A DNA stretch of 64,000 nt from Enoplolaimus lenunculus (Eukaryota): contig JASANG010003092.1 in NCBI GenBank assembly GCA_030248215.1, positions 434,001 through 498,000 on the forward strand. The letters run 5' to 3'. How positions within the stretch are numbered: the stretch's first letter is position 1; each line of letters begins with the position of its first letter. The notes under the pieces were generated by a model that worked only from the letters and a program-made list of their open reading frames with translations, ran no database searches and was not told the DNA's origin. Positions 15,301 through 29,523 of this stretch are shown here, in pieces. The translations under genes and the position numbers were made by a program.

Positions 15301-18300
15301 GAAATCGCCGGACTTTTTGGCAATGTAGTCACGTTAGTTGTTAAATCTGTTCCCACAACCAACACGCCGGATGTAACTTTTGGCGGAGTGACATCTTGCC
15401 TCTAAATATAAAATCATATAATAGAACCGTGTCAAAATCTGGATCTAAGTCCACACTATAAATAAGACAGCTAACACTGTGTCACTGGGCTCCTCCCACA
15501 AAACTGTGATTGGCAATGTAGTCACGTTAGTTGTTAAATCTGTTCCCACAGCCAACACGCCGGATGTAACTTTTGGCGGAGTGACATCTTGCCTCTAAAT
15601 ATAAAATCATATAATAGAACCGTGTCAAAATCTGGATCTAAGTCCACACTATAAATAAGACAGCTAACATTGTGTCACTGGGCTCCTCCCACAAAACTGT
15701 GAAGAGTGAAGCATCAGTTCTACGATACGGCCAAGTCAAAATTTTATTTCAGTCTAAAACGGGGTGTAAGTGTTACATTACTTAGGAATAGTCCAATATA
15801 CCCATCATTAACAATAAACCTCGACGCCCAGATGTAAGCACCGCACTTACCATATCAACCGTCGGAGGACCCCCTATCAGTGGCATTCGTAAGCCGCTCT
15901 GACCCGCTAACAATGAAGACCCCGGTACACCAGCGAATGACTGGTTCCAACCAAATCCTTTGAATCCTGTGCCAGTGCTTCCACCAACCCATCCTTGACT
16001 AGTGCCTCCTAAATGTACACCAACTTTGTTCGCCTGGTTGCTACCATCACCTACAACACTAGAAGCACCAGTACCAACAGTCGTCGCAGGTCCAAATGAC
16101 GTTGGCGGCAAACACGGCTGCGAATGAAAGTTCGATTCACTCAAAACATCGCCAAGAGAACTTTTGCCCCCAACTGATTGCAGCAATTCACGCTCCGCAT
16201 CACTTAAACCTGTGGCAATGACTGATACCGGAGCTGTACGGCTTAAATCGACAGAATTCGCGGAGTAACTCGTCGGCAGTTTGTCAGAAAACGATAAGTT
16301 TGAACCGGCCGACTGGGTAAACGAGGACTAAAATAAAAATTACAAGTTGAATATATTTATAATAAAATAACGTTGTATATTACCCAGCTATTCGCAAAAA
16401 AATCAAAAACAATCATTCTGTTTCAGTTTAAGTTTTAGTTAAATATTTTCTATTCTATTATCAAATTTCGTATTCTCCAACTCTGTGTACACTTGTACAG
16501 CTTATCGTCCGGTGTCAATAAGCTTTCAATGCAAAGAGAAATCAAATGTGAAAAATTCTACACTTGGAACATTGAAATATTACTGGTTTAAAATTTATAA
16601 GAATCCTATCATCAACAGGTAATAGGTGCTACACATTTTTGATAATACGGCTACTAAATTTAAAACCAGTCGTAGTGGGACTACATTTATTGAGCGAAGC
16701 TCGAACACACGTAAGCAATTAAGGTAATATGCAAATTAGTTATTAGCTAACTATTCATTGATCGGTTTTGGAGGTTTGTAAGCAATTTCTTCAGATTCCT
16801 CGCACCCAAAAACCCTTCAGCCACCCGAAAAATTATCGGAATAATTTAAAAAGTCCTAATTTTGTCTCGTCAATTAAGCAAATACGCAAATTATCTATTA
16901 GTTAACTATTCGATAATCGCTTTTAAAGGTTTGTAGACAGTTTATTCAGATTCCTCGCACCCGAAAACCTATTATTGCCTAAAGTAGATTGCTTGTAATC
17001 CTAATAATTAGTGAAACATTGTAAAAACGCCTAATTTAGGCATATCATTTATGCTTATATGCAAATTATCTGTTAGCTAACTACTCAATTATCTATTTTA
17101 GGCGTTTGTAAACAATTTATTCAGATTCCTCGCACCAAAAAACCTTCAGTAAACCCTAATAATTATTGAAATAATCTAAAAAGTCCAAATTTTGTCTTGT
17201 CAATTAAGCTAATATGCAAATTAGCTATTAGCTAACTAGTCAGTTATCGGTTTTGGAGGTTTGTAAACAATTTATTCAGATTTCTCGCACCCAAAAACCT
17301 TCAGTAAACCCTAATAATTATTGAAATAATCTAAAAAGTCCTAGTTTCGTTTTGTCAATTAAGCTAATATGCAAATTAGCTATTAGCTAACTATTCAATT
17401 ATCGATTTTGGATGTTAGTAAACAATTTATTCAAATTCCTCGCACCTGAAAACCCTTTAATGCTAAAATTACATTGCTTCTAACTGTAATAATTAGTGAA
17501 ATATTTTGGAATTATGCAAATTAGCCTGTAGCTAATACATGGCTTAAAATTTTAAAACCCCGATGCGAGGTTAACACTCCAGGATAATTGGCTTTCAAAC
17601 AAAAAAAGTTTCTTTAAATCGGTTCAGCCGTTCCTGAGATTCTTTTCGGACGGACAGACGGACATCCACCTTTCGACCCCCAAGTACAAAACATAAAACG
17701 CTTCGCTCAATAAATATGATTTTACCAACCTGACCAATACCAGGAACACCAGTCTGCAATGCCTTAACAGTGCCTGGTAAGGTTCCCATCGGTCCTCCTG
17801 CAAAGAGCGGTGGAACTGCGGATAAACCCTGTATGCCTGGCTGTTGAGCGACCCCTATTTGTGGAGGCAAAGTCGGTGGTGGCGTAAGTCCTGCAGTTGG
17901 TGCAAACCGAGGTACTCCAGGCATTGAAGGCATTAGAGCAGCCATAGAACCGACGCCAGATGGAGCATTGTGACTGCCCGCACTAGCAAGAGCAGTCAGG
18001 AATTGTTGCTGCTGTTGATGATTTAGCAAAATTTGCAACTGCAATGCTTGAACCAAGCTGTTATTGCTATTTGCTGCGTCGGTCAGAGAACCTCCGGTAT
18101 CGGAATCGTCAGTATTTGGGCCTTGAGGCTTTGATGTTCGTTCTCGTTGTTGATTCTGCACTTTTGTTTCAAGATATTTCTCGCGAAATGCACGGTCTTC
18201 ACGCTCACGCGCTCTGTCCTCCTTTGCTTCTGCCTGAAAACTAACCATCAGGAATATTACGAATACGGATATTTCAAAATCTCAGGGAGCGATCGGATAT

Positions 18301-21300
18301 TAGGTTCCGGCGCAGGCAAAAATCAACTCACGGATGCAGCTCCGGTATTAAAAGTTGCAAGATATTTACCGCTGAAAACTATGCCATATCTCTGTATTAT
18401 ACTGCTGCTTATAACCAAAAATTCGATCAACCATAGCCGGTCTCGGGAAAGCCTACGGAAAACAACATAATAACAAAATATAAGGGGTAGTATTAAAATA
18501 GCGCAATTAAGATTTACAATTTATTTAAATATATCCATCCATCTCCGGCCAGATATTTCGTTATCCGGTTCCAATGTCACGGTATATTTCTTCCCCCGTT
18601 TAATTCTTTCACCCGGAAAAATCAAATTAGTTTAATTCTTCTCACGGTATAATTGTACAACTCTAGTAATTCCCCCCCCCCCCCCGATGAATTGGACTAA
18701 ATAAGGCTAGTTTCATTTTTCCCCGCTCACTATAATTCTTCCCCGTATGCTTTCCCTGACACCAATCACGATAGAATTTTTCCTGCGTTGAATTCCACCC
18801 CTTAGAACCGACGTCTTCTGAAACAATTGCACAATTGCCAGAATCCCAAAACTATTTTACAGGAATTTTCATTTTAACCACTGATTACAACTTCATAGTG
18901 TCACCCGGTTGATGTAAATACTTTCTCCTCCAAAGCCATCGGATCTAAAAAATTTTGCGGATAGAAATTTTTGATAGGTATCGTTAACTTCCGGGGATCC
19001 TACTGTGATTGTCGAATACACAAAAATTGTAGCGGAAAGAAATGCCACAGTTCCAAGATTTCGCATCCAGTTGCCCACGCCAATGTATCAAACCTCGCCA
19101 TACCACTCTGTTTAACGTTATCATTCGTGTCTCTATTATTTAATCTCCCGACATTGTCAGCAATTTCGTTACACATCTAGATATTCGACCATTTTTACGG
19201 ATATCCTCGTGATAGTGTTCAGTACCATATAGTAAAAGTTATGGCTCGAAAAAAGCAATTGAAAATTAAGCTGGTATAATTCAACCGGCTCAGTTTTCTC
19301 TAAACGTTTTATTAACAATTACTATTTCCTTCTTATAATATGTGTATTTTTTATTTTATCTGATATGTAAGTTGAACATTAGTCTCACGAGTGGCAGTCA
19401 ATTACCATCGCCACTCAACTATACACAAGCGATGTGTATCAAAATGCTCGTATATTTACTATTACTACTTGTACTGAGGTGCTGATAGTATATTTATACT
19501 CCATGAGGGAAAATATTCATGTACGACGAACAAATTTGAAAGCTTAAACACTAGAATTTGAAAAACATTCGTATCAGTGGATGGTGTCTAAAACTCCGTA
19601 TCCGCACAGGTACAAGGTCTGACCGGACACGGACACCAAAAAATATCGGAGCTACCTCCTCAAAAATAACGGCGGATACAGATGTGGATACAAGGTCTGC
19701 ACTTACAGTTTTGAACCAACAATTCACGTCCACAAGCATTTTATGTAATGAATATGTACAATAGAAACTACCTTCATGTCTTTCAAGTGTTCAACGAATG
19801 CCCGATTGCTAAGCGTCAATTCGCGTAACAGTTCAGTCATTGTTTGACACGTATTAACTAAAGAGCTGTTTTGATCCAAAACCGAACGTACTAGCATGTC
19901 TTGCGATTGAGTTAAGCTTCGGAGTGTATAATCCAGAGAGTTCGTTAACTCTGACAAAGCACCAACCTAAAATTAAATAATGACACGATATAAATAATAC
20001 ACGAGCAGCGGCGTATTAACAGAAGGAGAATAATATGCATATCTGTCTCAAAAGAATCACACTGTAACCCGGATATAATCCGAGTTTCTCTTATATCCCG
20101 GTTTGTCTAACGCTTTTTACGTACAGAACACCAGTTTATTTAATAGCTACATACATAAAAACACAGTCAAAAATATATTTTCTATCAATTTTCACAAATA
20201 AATTCAGTAAAAATTACTTTTTCTCTTTATCGGGGAGGACGGTTACATGATATAATCTCTCTTATATCCAGGTTTCTCTTAAATCCGGGTGTCATGCATA
20301 TCCGGGTTACAATGTGACCTTTAAAGTAATAAATCAAAATTAACTTTCAACAAGTTTATCAAAGAACCGGTTGTCATCTAGGTTAACGGTTATTTTATCA
20401 CATGCGTTAAACTTTAATTATTGAAAATGACCTCTTTACTGCTCCAGACTATGTGAAATATAAAATTACAGTTCCCATTCTGGTTACGAGAAAACTGAAC
20501 TGCAACTTCGATTCAGACTTAATTTCATTCGGCTAGGAACCCTAGTGGTTTCCATTTTACTCTCGATGCAGTTCCCAATTCTGTTAATACAAGCAGTGCC
20601 CATAGTTAAGCTATTATATCAATGTTTTGTGACGTCACTTCCTTTGTAACAACAAAACCATGCATTAATTAACATACAGCTACAGTCTATATAAGCAAAA
20701 GTGACCAAAACACTTCTTCAGTGCTCTACTACTTGATCAAAAAGACAGCCACAGTTTATTTGCGTAAAATACATTTTGTGTCGAAATTATTTCAGCAAAA
20801 GTGCTTACTACAAAATTATCTTGGCGGGCACGAGCAGCTTGTCGTTCAGTTAGATCCGCTGAAACAGCTAAATTAAATAGAAAATATAACGAGCTGTTGT
20901 ACCATATTAAAACATGGAATGACGACTGCGACCTTAAAATATCCCGTGAACCAAGCCTTTGACAGCAAAATAAAATGCGCTTGTAGTATTGCACAAACTT
21001 CAATACCATTATCATGAGCACATATTATATGGGTAAAAATTCAATAATTTCAATAATGCACAACGGCGCACTCTGTACGTGCGTTGAAATTAATGGCAAC
21101 AACATGCGTACCAAAATTTGAAAATGCTCCGGGTGGTGAACCGATAACGCTTCCGTTTCGTCTTGGCGTCGAAAATCTTTGCTGAAGCACAAATACAAAC
21201 ATTACATTCAAAACAACTTAGTATGTTTGCTCTATATATTTCTATGTAGCTGCTGTTTCTGGCCACAATTTTAACACAGCTTCACGTGACCCACAAAGAT

Positions 21301-24300
21301 ACGCACAAATTGTTCTCAACGAAGATAAAGTTTGGTTTACGTGACTTAAGCAAAGAACGATGTTTCCTCAAAAACATAGTCATTCACAAAAACCAACTTA
21401 CTGCAAATAGCCCAGGGTGGTTGGCCGGAAAAAAACCGGAAAAATGGTTTTTTACACTTTTTACGAGGGGGGTGGAAAAAATGGAAAAAATTACACGATT
21501 TTTAAATATAATTTGCAACTAAATTATAATATAAAATAACATTTTTAAATGACATGTAACTAATTTTCAAGCAGCACATTAAAAGTGACCATGTGTAATG
21601 TCCACCAGGACACATTATATGTCCGAAAAGAGCAAAAATTGCAGCATATGAATATATAAACGGATTTTAGAATTGAAGCTTTGCCACGAGATTCAATGTA
21701 AAACTACATATGCAACTGGTTCGGTTCACTCACCAGGTTTCGTCGACGGTGGGGCCAAATTTAGATTTAACACAAGAATACGTCTAGTTTCAACCTCGCT
21801 TTGCTCGCGATGATGCAGCAATTGAGAGGCTTTGATGTCAGAAAAACCCAAAAGTATCTTGGGATTTAATACTTACAAAAAACAAGTGTGTGACTTATTT
21901 CGCTCGCTCCATTCATGAGTTTCTGATGTTCTGATGACCTCCTCTAATTATTCCATGCCAAAACTTAAATTTTTTAAAAAAATCGAATTTTAAGGTCCCA
22001 AATTCCTCCACTGGACTCAAAATGCTTTTGTCGAAAAATTATACAAATCATATGCCATTTGACACAAGTTGCGGAGCTAAGACGAATATTGTTAAATGTT
22101 TCCCAACCAATCAGATGTCTGACGAACGAGTCAGTGATATATAATTTGTCCAAGTTTCGAAAAAAGTTTTTGGGTCCAATGAGGCTGAACTTGTGGCCTT
22201 AAAAATCGAATTTTTCAAAAATTCAGATTGGGACATGGAATAATCAGAGGATGTCATCAGAAGCTCAAATATGCAAAAACTTTCAAAATGCAAGCATTTT
22301 TGGGCAAAGACGGCTAAGGGTGGGCCAGCCGATGACTCAGACAAAGAATAAATTTTTTCCATTTTTTTCCGGAAAAAAAGGAAAAAAATTCATTTTTCTC
22401 CGGGCATAATTTTTTTCCGGAAAAAATCAACTCTGAAATAGCCGGCTACACAAAATTCACCTCCAAACAAGTCCTAAACGTGCCACCCAGATTAAGTACT
22501 CCCCTTGAATAGAGATTGATAAGGCTTTAAAACTTCAAAACCAAAAATCACAGATTTACATTTTCCAACCTGTACAAAATAGGAAGGTCAAAACATGCTG
22601 GAACCGAACCCGAATTCCGGTTGAACCCTGGTATACACATATATACATATATACACATGTATACCAGGGTGCAACCGGAATTACAATTTACCGGAACCGG
22701 AACCGGAATTTGAAAATTTTACCGGAACCGGAACCGGAAAATGAAAAATGCATTTCACCAAAAATTTCATTTTAATCTTATTTTTTGCTCTATTATTTGT
22801 GAAATAACCTTAGTCGAACATAGGTTTTATTTTATTTGTTGTATTTTAGATTTTCATCATCGACTGAAGTGAAATCCACCATCAATGGCTTATATTCGGA
22901 GTACAAGTGGCTTTCAAAAGAGATTCTTAAAAATTAGCAAAGTTAAGAAAACGGCCAAATTATAATACCGGAATTTTTAAATCCGGTAAAAATTTACCGG
23001 AACCGGAACCGGAAGGTGAAAAAATGTCGGAACCGGAACCGGAATTCCGGTTGCACCCTGATGTATACATATACACATATATGCAACACAATACATATAC
23101 ACATATTGAGAAGGCCGAAAGCGATCGTTATATATCACTAGAGCGCGAACCGACCGAATGCCGGTTCGCGCCGGCAGGCCCGCTTTCGCTATAATATATA
23201 AAATAAATTTCGAAACTTACTATTGATCCAATACCATTCCGTACCGCGGCTGCATTACTGTCAGAATCTCTCATCCCAGATGTAGTTTGGGAAGATTGCC
23301 CCAATATTGGTGGGCGCCCAGAAGCCCTTGCCGGAATCCCGGCCGATCCAACCGCAACACGTCTCATTGCTGACGCAACATACATATGCGCCATTTCAAG
23401 CGCATCTTCTCGTTCGCTCGCGTTCAACGGTCCTTGACCAGCTGCGCAAATGAAAAAGCTGCCTGTACCACTTGAGTCACCATACGTTATTATACGACTA
23501 ATGCCAACACGATTACTGAAAAATGAATAAACAATTTTCGTTATGCAGAAAACCGTTTTGCGAAAATAAGTGGTTAGCGAATACTTTACTATGCAGCACG
23601 CTGCCGTCCGGCGGCGGGCGCCAAGAATAATTCAACGCAAACTAAACAAAAGTGTTTACAACAATAAATAAAGAATATATACACCTTTCCAGTCGTGCCA
23701 ACAAGTGCTTCCAGTACTCATTAGCATATCGTGAAATAGCATTTTGCTTCTCCATATCGCTGAAACTTTCAATCTGAAATAATTCAAATTTCAAACAATC
23801 TATTAACTCAACCATTACAAGGGGGCAAGTATTGTCTGAATTTCACATATTTTTGAGCAAAGTAAACTTACTGACCAGCACCGGATAATAAATCATCTTA
23901 CATTTCGTTACTATCAGCTTACCGACTGTTGTAACATCTTTGCGCACGCCAATACAACTCGTATATCAAGCGACTCATCCCGAATTAGTCTTATAATCTC
24001 AAGTCCTTGCTGCAAAACCGGCCGCTGGTCGACCCTAAAATACACGATACGTATCAACAATCAGTGAAAATGCTTAATGTGATTCTGTATTTTATAATCA
24101 TCAGCAGACTAATAAAAATAAATAAAAATAAACGTATCGCAAACAGTAGCTTACAACATTTTGTTTGCCGATCAAATGCAATTACAAGCGTTTCCGAACA
24201 AAACCAGAAGCATTTAACCATTATTAGCTGTTTCAATATAATTCTGCCTAAATCGGTGTTAATGTATAATTGATTTGTATCAGTTTCAATTGCAATTTTG

Positions 24301-27300
24301 TTTTCTTTACTAGCTGACGATAAAACACAATTTCAGAACGCCGCGCCTTAATTTAACACAAAGGTGAAAAATAGCATGAAACGTTCGAAATCAAAAATTC
24401 AACAAATATATATAACTATTGTAACACTCACTTTCCTTTGTTGGTTGCTAGCGCCAATGCTGCATCCCACCATTTTTGCTGCCATTCGGAACACAATGGA
24501 TCACACAAGACAAGTGGATCAGTCGCAACTGCACAACTTCGCGAAGACGCGATATAATGAAGTGACAAATAAACGAATACCTGTTATTAAGTATAAAACA
24601 GTTATAAACTATTTTAATACTCTAAACAGTTTCACAGCTCAAACCAAAACAATTAAACTAAAACTAAATACGAATCTAATGTCAGATTGGTTTTCCGAGC
24701 GTCTTGCGTCATATACCATATGGTTATATAAGAACACCATTTTCAACAGGTTTTCAATTATGAATTAGCATAAAATATATTTATTGGTCCAACAAACCCT
24801 GGACACTACGAATAACAAACAAATCGCAAAAACAGTCACTAACCTGAACATCTAACAGACAAAGCGTATCGATAGCATTTGTTCTAATGTCGGTAGCGCC
24901 AAATTGCAGATCGGGTCCAAACAATAACTCTAGACTGGCTAAAAGAGAAAATGAATATACAGTTAAGAACATCTCAGAAAGCGAACAGTGTCTGAAGTTA
25001 ATCAGAACAATAATTCCTTAACAAAACCGTGATTTTCGTGTCATGTTGTTTTTAATCAGGAAATGTTCGAACTAACAAAACATAGTTTTTCAGTAATAAC
25101 ACTGGAAACGGCAAGTAGTTGAATACAGAATATCAAGTACAGGAAAACAGTTCTCATCTCCGGGTACATGTATAATTGAAAAATACATTAACTGAAAAGC
25201 CTACAAAACAAACTATATTTTGCACAAGCAAAAATAATTTAGGCAAAACATGTGTATGAACTCACATTCTACAGTTACACTTTGGGCGTTATTATCCCAA
25301 AACTGTAGCAAACGCCACAAGGATACTGCCAAACGCTGTGGTGTGTAGAATAATGATCCTAAAATTTATTACACCATTAAGCATTAAATAAGGTCCTAAC
25401 CATACTCCACACATTATATCTCATTGACTTAATCCACATATCTGTTATTGTAATAAGACGACATATTGTGAGAAAACAAACGCAAACCTCGTCCAAAATT
25501 TCGCCCACCCACGTTACACAATGTTTCAACCGGAACAAATCTGAACTGGAATCAGAATATAGTCGTAATTCAATTTTCTTACTATTTTCGTTGATTATAA
25601 TTATTCATTGACTGAAACTGGTGAAATTTTAAACTTATGTTCAAGATAATCTTGGCAGAAAATGACAACTTACCGAAAACTCCGGAATCGCAAAAGAAAT
25701 TCAGTGCTAAAATCTGTCATTAAGAAAGAAATTCTTCAAAAAAACAATCAAACAAACAATTTACAAAAATACAACATTTGCTTTGAAATCCAGTTTCACC
25801 TTTAAACATCGCTTCAAATTGCTCTTCACTTAGCGACACAGTGTCGGAAGAAACGTTCATCGTAGTGTGCTGAGAAAGGACAGAACAATTTTCTCCAAAG
25901 CCTGTCGAACCCAAATTTGTATCACTACCAACTTCAAAATTTCGTCCAGAAAACAATGTTGCGTAAAATTCCGATGCAAACTAAAACAGAAAGTAAACAT
26001 ACTTCTTGCAGCGCTACAGTACATAAAACAAAAATGTAACGTTTGCAGCCTACGTATATATCTGGCTGTCCAAATTTTCAGGGATTAATTACAATTATGT
26101 TTTCAGACAGCATCGCCGGAGACAAAAATTTTAGAACGTGCATATTTTTGCAGTATGCCAAAAATTTTCTATCCGACTTCAAAGTTTGTAACGTAAAGCT
26201 CATAATATTATGTTTTTAAAGGAATTGAACAAAACTGCAAAAAAATCCACAGTGCTATAAATGAACATATCAAAATTATTGCTTCCTACCTGCGATGTCG
26301 CTACAAATCCATCTTTAAGCGCTGCATCCACATAAGCCGTTTCAAGTAGATTACTGAGACAACATGCTGAAATAAACTAGGCTATATATTGATCGTTAAA
26401 AACATGCTAAAATTGTCATCGTCGAACTAGTTCCCAATGTTCTAAAAATCGACGAAAATGAGTTCGGCTTTTTTCTGCAGTATATAATGCATTTATTCAG
26501 GTGTGCAGATTTTCCGTACACTAAGTTTCAGCAGAAACTAAACTGTACAAAAACAGGAACAGGAATTTACATATATTCTGTGAGAACAAGAACAGAGCAT
26601 GCATTAAGTTCTTTAATTGGAAAGACTATTAACAAAATTGAAGTAGATAGAAAGTAATGCATTTCACGATGATATTTTTAAATACAAAAACTTCAGCGTC
26701 TATTGTAATGAATAACTTGCCGCAATACGTAAAAATTCCGATTCCTTCAACAAATATTTACCTGACTGAAACATAATGTAGCCCGCATGTTTCATCCATG
26801 GTTCCGACGCTTGAGACAACAACGGAGTCGTTGTTTCACCCGTAACTGTTGAGCTTGAGTCACTCCTAGCGTTGTGCTTTCTGAGATCACAGAGTATTTC
26901 AACTACGCTCCCAAAACCAACAGCTGCGTGTATTGTGCTTCGACGTGTATCGTTCGTTAAACCCTTCAACCCCAGACACTATGTAAACAAGCTGTCTTAG
27001 CAACAAATCAGTGACAACAGTGACACTATTCTCAAAATGGATGTTATAGTAGTTTTACAGCGAAATGGCACAACAAATAAGCTTATGCAGTTGGCCGGCC
27101 GTACCGAGCTTATTCAATGCTACGAACACATATTAACGTAAAAATACCGCGATAAGCGGCGATACCAGGTTTTATTTCGCCGGGTTGGGGCATTAATAAA
27201 TTGCATTTTTATTTTTTAGGTCGGTTGGATGTTGAAACTACCACGCTATATACAATTTTTCTTGTTAAACAATTCAAGTGTCTCCTAAGCAATTTGAGGC

Positions 27301-29523
27301 AGAATGCCCCCTTCCGCCCCCGCCTTTGATAACGACATTAAATTTTTTTACTTGACCGTCAACATAGGACCAAAATGGGTATTGTACATTTCATCCAACA
27401 CGCTTTGGCTTATGTTTAGGAAAAGGTTTACCAATACTTAAGCTTTTATCTAAGTATTAAGCTTTACTACGAGGCGGAAACGCACAAGCGCGTAAAAATT
27501 GCTACATTTAAAATCAGACTGCAACGATTTTTTAATTCGGAGTCTTAAGTAATTACAACGTTATTTGTTTTTTGGCTACAGCACATGTACGTACCTTTTT
27601 CATTTTCAGTAGCAAAAATACTGCCGCAGCATACAACGTGAGCGCTTTCGAATACTTCTGCCACATGGTCCAGTGAGGTTTGGAACTGCGCAAGGACTGT
27701 GAGAAGGCTACCAGTACATCAAGTCTGAAAGAACCTACCTACAACCATTTAATTGACAAGTAAGTGATACCAACAGCTCCTCTTAACTTTTCATATTTTC
27801 GTCACTAAAACGCAAACAATTCGGCTTTAAGTGCAACAATTCGGCTTTAAGTGCAAAGTATTCTAACAACTTTTAAACTTTGTAAAAAAGTCGTTTGCAA
27901 TTATGGATTCATAGCATATTCTGAATGCGATCAAGACACCTTGAATGTATATACAACAGCATTTTAACAATCAGTTTAGAATCGCAGGCGACCAGAACCT
28001 TTCAAACTCATAAGTACAGTTCATTTCGGATCAAACATGTAATTTTCAACCAAATAACAGCCTGTTAATTTATTTCGTTGCTAAATTTAAAACTAATAAT
28101 ATACAGCTGCAACACTATTTCAACTACGTATGTACTGAAGCTGATCACGCATTCGACTCACCGCTTTAAGTTAGTCTCAATCAGTGACACAGAGCCAGCT
28201 TGTAAAAGAACGTCAATTAGCTCTGCAAGACATTCGACGTGCACCACAGCAAACGTGTCCGATAACGCACTTCCTCCAGGCTCCAATACATTGTATGCCT
28301 ACAAACCAAACCACAATCATATCAATTATTGCATCAAAATCAATATTAAAAGGTATGTGTATAATAAACTAATCGCGTTTAACTTGTCGAAATAAAAGGC
28401 TCAGAGTCCAATTAGTGCGTATCCACCATCCAGTAATGTAGAACGCAAAACAAAGCGGTATTCAGTGCACACTGATTCCTCATACATTCCAAAAAAGAAA
28501 ACCAGAAAACCATTATTCACAGTTGTCGAAATAAAAGGCTCAGAGTCCAATTAGTGCGTATCCACCATCCAGTAATGTAGAACGCAAAACAAAGCGGTAT
28601 TCAGTGCACACTGATTTCTCATACATTTCAAAAAAGAAAACCAGAAAACCATTATTCAGAGTAATCTTCTAGCAAAATTTAGCACAATTTTGCAATAAGG
28701 AATCAGTTACGGCCGACGCAGAGAGCGACAAGATTTCTAGCTCCAGTTTAATATTCAACAGACAAATCGACATTCGTATCCGGGTCCGGTATTAAACTAC
28801 CGGATATCGAATATTTACGGTTTTGGTCCTGAATGTCGTAGAAATCAGGGTTCGACCGGATATTCCTCTAACCGGATACTGCAACCGGATAGCAAATTTG
28901 GCACCGGAACTGGATGTTAATCGGACATATAACATAAATTTGCGCACTGGTGAAAGTATTTGAGTGGTGCAAAAATATGTATTTATGGAGTTAAGATTAA
29001 CTTTTGGCTTAGATTTTTTTATTCCATGTCACTGTACACTCTCGTTGGTACAGCCACTGCAAAATATCAGGTACGTTTATACTTTATATATACTTTATAC
29101 AGAATACCGGATGTAGATTTGTTGCCGGACCCTCTACCGGAACCGAATATCCGGTCGATCCCTGGTACAAATAGATTAAAAACTTCCAACAACACATATT
29201 TACATACTATATCCGATAGACAACCGGTCTGGTAAAAAAATCAGTATCCAGCTCCGGTAAAATAGCTTTATAGTAGCAAGTACGTATGGTTGAATTTTTA
29301 AACTGATTTGGTGGCGAACCTCAAACGCTTTGATTGCATTAACCAAGAACGCTGAATCAGCTAAAGCGCAGTCCCCACTAGCGGCATAGCGCTGTTGTTT
29401 AGCATGCAACGGAGGCATCCATCGTCCAGCTTCCCATCTATCCACTGCCATGCCGCAGGCTTCTTTTACACGGCCACCTGCTACTAGATCCGAAATAGTC
29501 TGAGCAACATCTGGTGATTTCAT
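361..29523 (-). CDS. RANBP2: RanBP2/Nup358-like nucleoporin, multi-exon, 3' end outside the window
   Basis: Phase-consistent GT-AG exons in transcription order: 29523-29320, 28298-28162, 27724-27595, 26978-26762, 26366-26290, 25980-25800, 25358-25266, 24938-24844 ([10 protein letters not shown]), 24580-24432 ([13 protein letters not shown]), 24034-23923, 23773-23685, 23515-23221, 21181-21112, 20867-20809, 19966-19772 (coiled-coil-like), 18233-17730, 16327-15851, 15401-15149, 14708-14514, 13696-13527 and 13119-12247 (RBD1, WKERG...[12 protein letters not shown]), 10548-10371, 8960-8785, ~8437-8228 (acceptor ambiguous), 7924-7725 and 7249-7138 (RBD2), 6962-6521 (zinc finger [10 protein letters not shown]...CPCC), 5538-5338, 4977-4829 and 4420-4253 (RBD3), 2849-2666, ~2420-2224, ~1728-1433 (LPSHFYAY...CTGCRGC), 596-361. 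FG-rich spacers lie between the domains. The start codon is the least certain part. Confidence 0.93.
2867..3876 (-). mobile_element. DINE-1/HINE-like (Helentron-associated) non-autonomous element
   Basis: On the minus strand: subterminal IR, GTCC/GTCY microsatellite (3766-3800), AT-rich internal tandem repeats with tatgcaaattagctattagctaa, then a second subTIR and a short gtagt/actac hairpin. Same family as 16667 and 32868. Confidence 0.7.
5589..6175. mobile_element. Decayed CAGGG...CCCTG MITE
   Basis: Termini and ccgga subterminal motifs resemble the 28846 family; no clear TSD. Confidence 0.45.
13809..13906. repeat. Imperfect (CA)n/(CACATA)n microsatellite
   Basis: Read directly from the sequence. 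Confidence 0.9.
15317..15701. repeat. 193-bp tandem duplication spanning a RanBP2 3' splice site
   Basis: caatgtagtc at 15321 and 15514; copies differ by only a couple of bases. Confidence 0.95.
16667..17715 (-). mobile_element. DINE-1/HINE-like element
   Basis: 16-bp inverted repeat atttattgagcgaagc (16685) / gcttcgctcaataaat (17700), GTCY microsatellite at 17647-17665, internal tandem repeats, terminal gtagtgggactac hairpin. Confidence 0.75.
20058..20316. mobile_element. MITE with CAC-ended TIRs
   Basis: cacactgtaacccggatat / atatccgggttacaatgtg; no TSD recognised. Confidence 0.65.
21413..22435. mobile_element. hAT-like ~1 kb non-autonomous DNA transposon
   Basis: CAGGGT...ACTCTG termini, perfect 8-bp TSD aaatagcc; full-length homolog at 59335. 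Confidence 0.85.
22665..23060. mobile_element. hAT-like MITE
   Basis: TIR cagggtgcaaccggaatt / aattccggttgcaccctg, TSD atgtatac, subterminal (accgga)n arrays. Confidence 0.88.
28384..28658. repeat. 139-bp intronic tandem duplication
   Basis: ttgtcgaaataaaaggctcag...ccattattca occurs twice, near-identical. Confidence 0.92.
28846..29164. mobile_element. hAT-like MITE
   Basis: TIR cagggttcgaccggatatt / aatatccggtcgatccctg; flanks gtagaaat / gtacaaat (7 of 8 match). Confidence 0.8.

Noticed and set aside
18672..18685. C14 run (G-quadruplex on the minus strand)
   Set aside because: Isolated intronic homopolymer with no supporting context.
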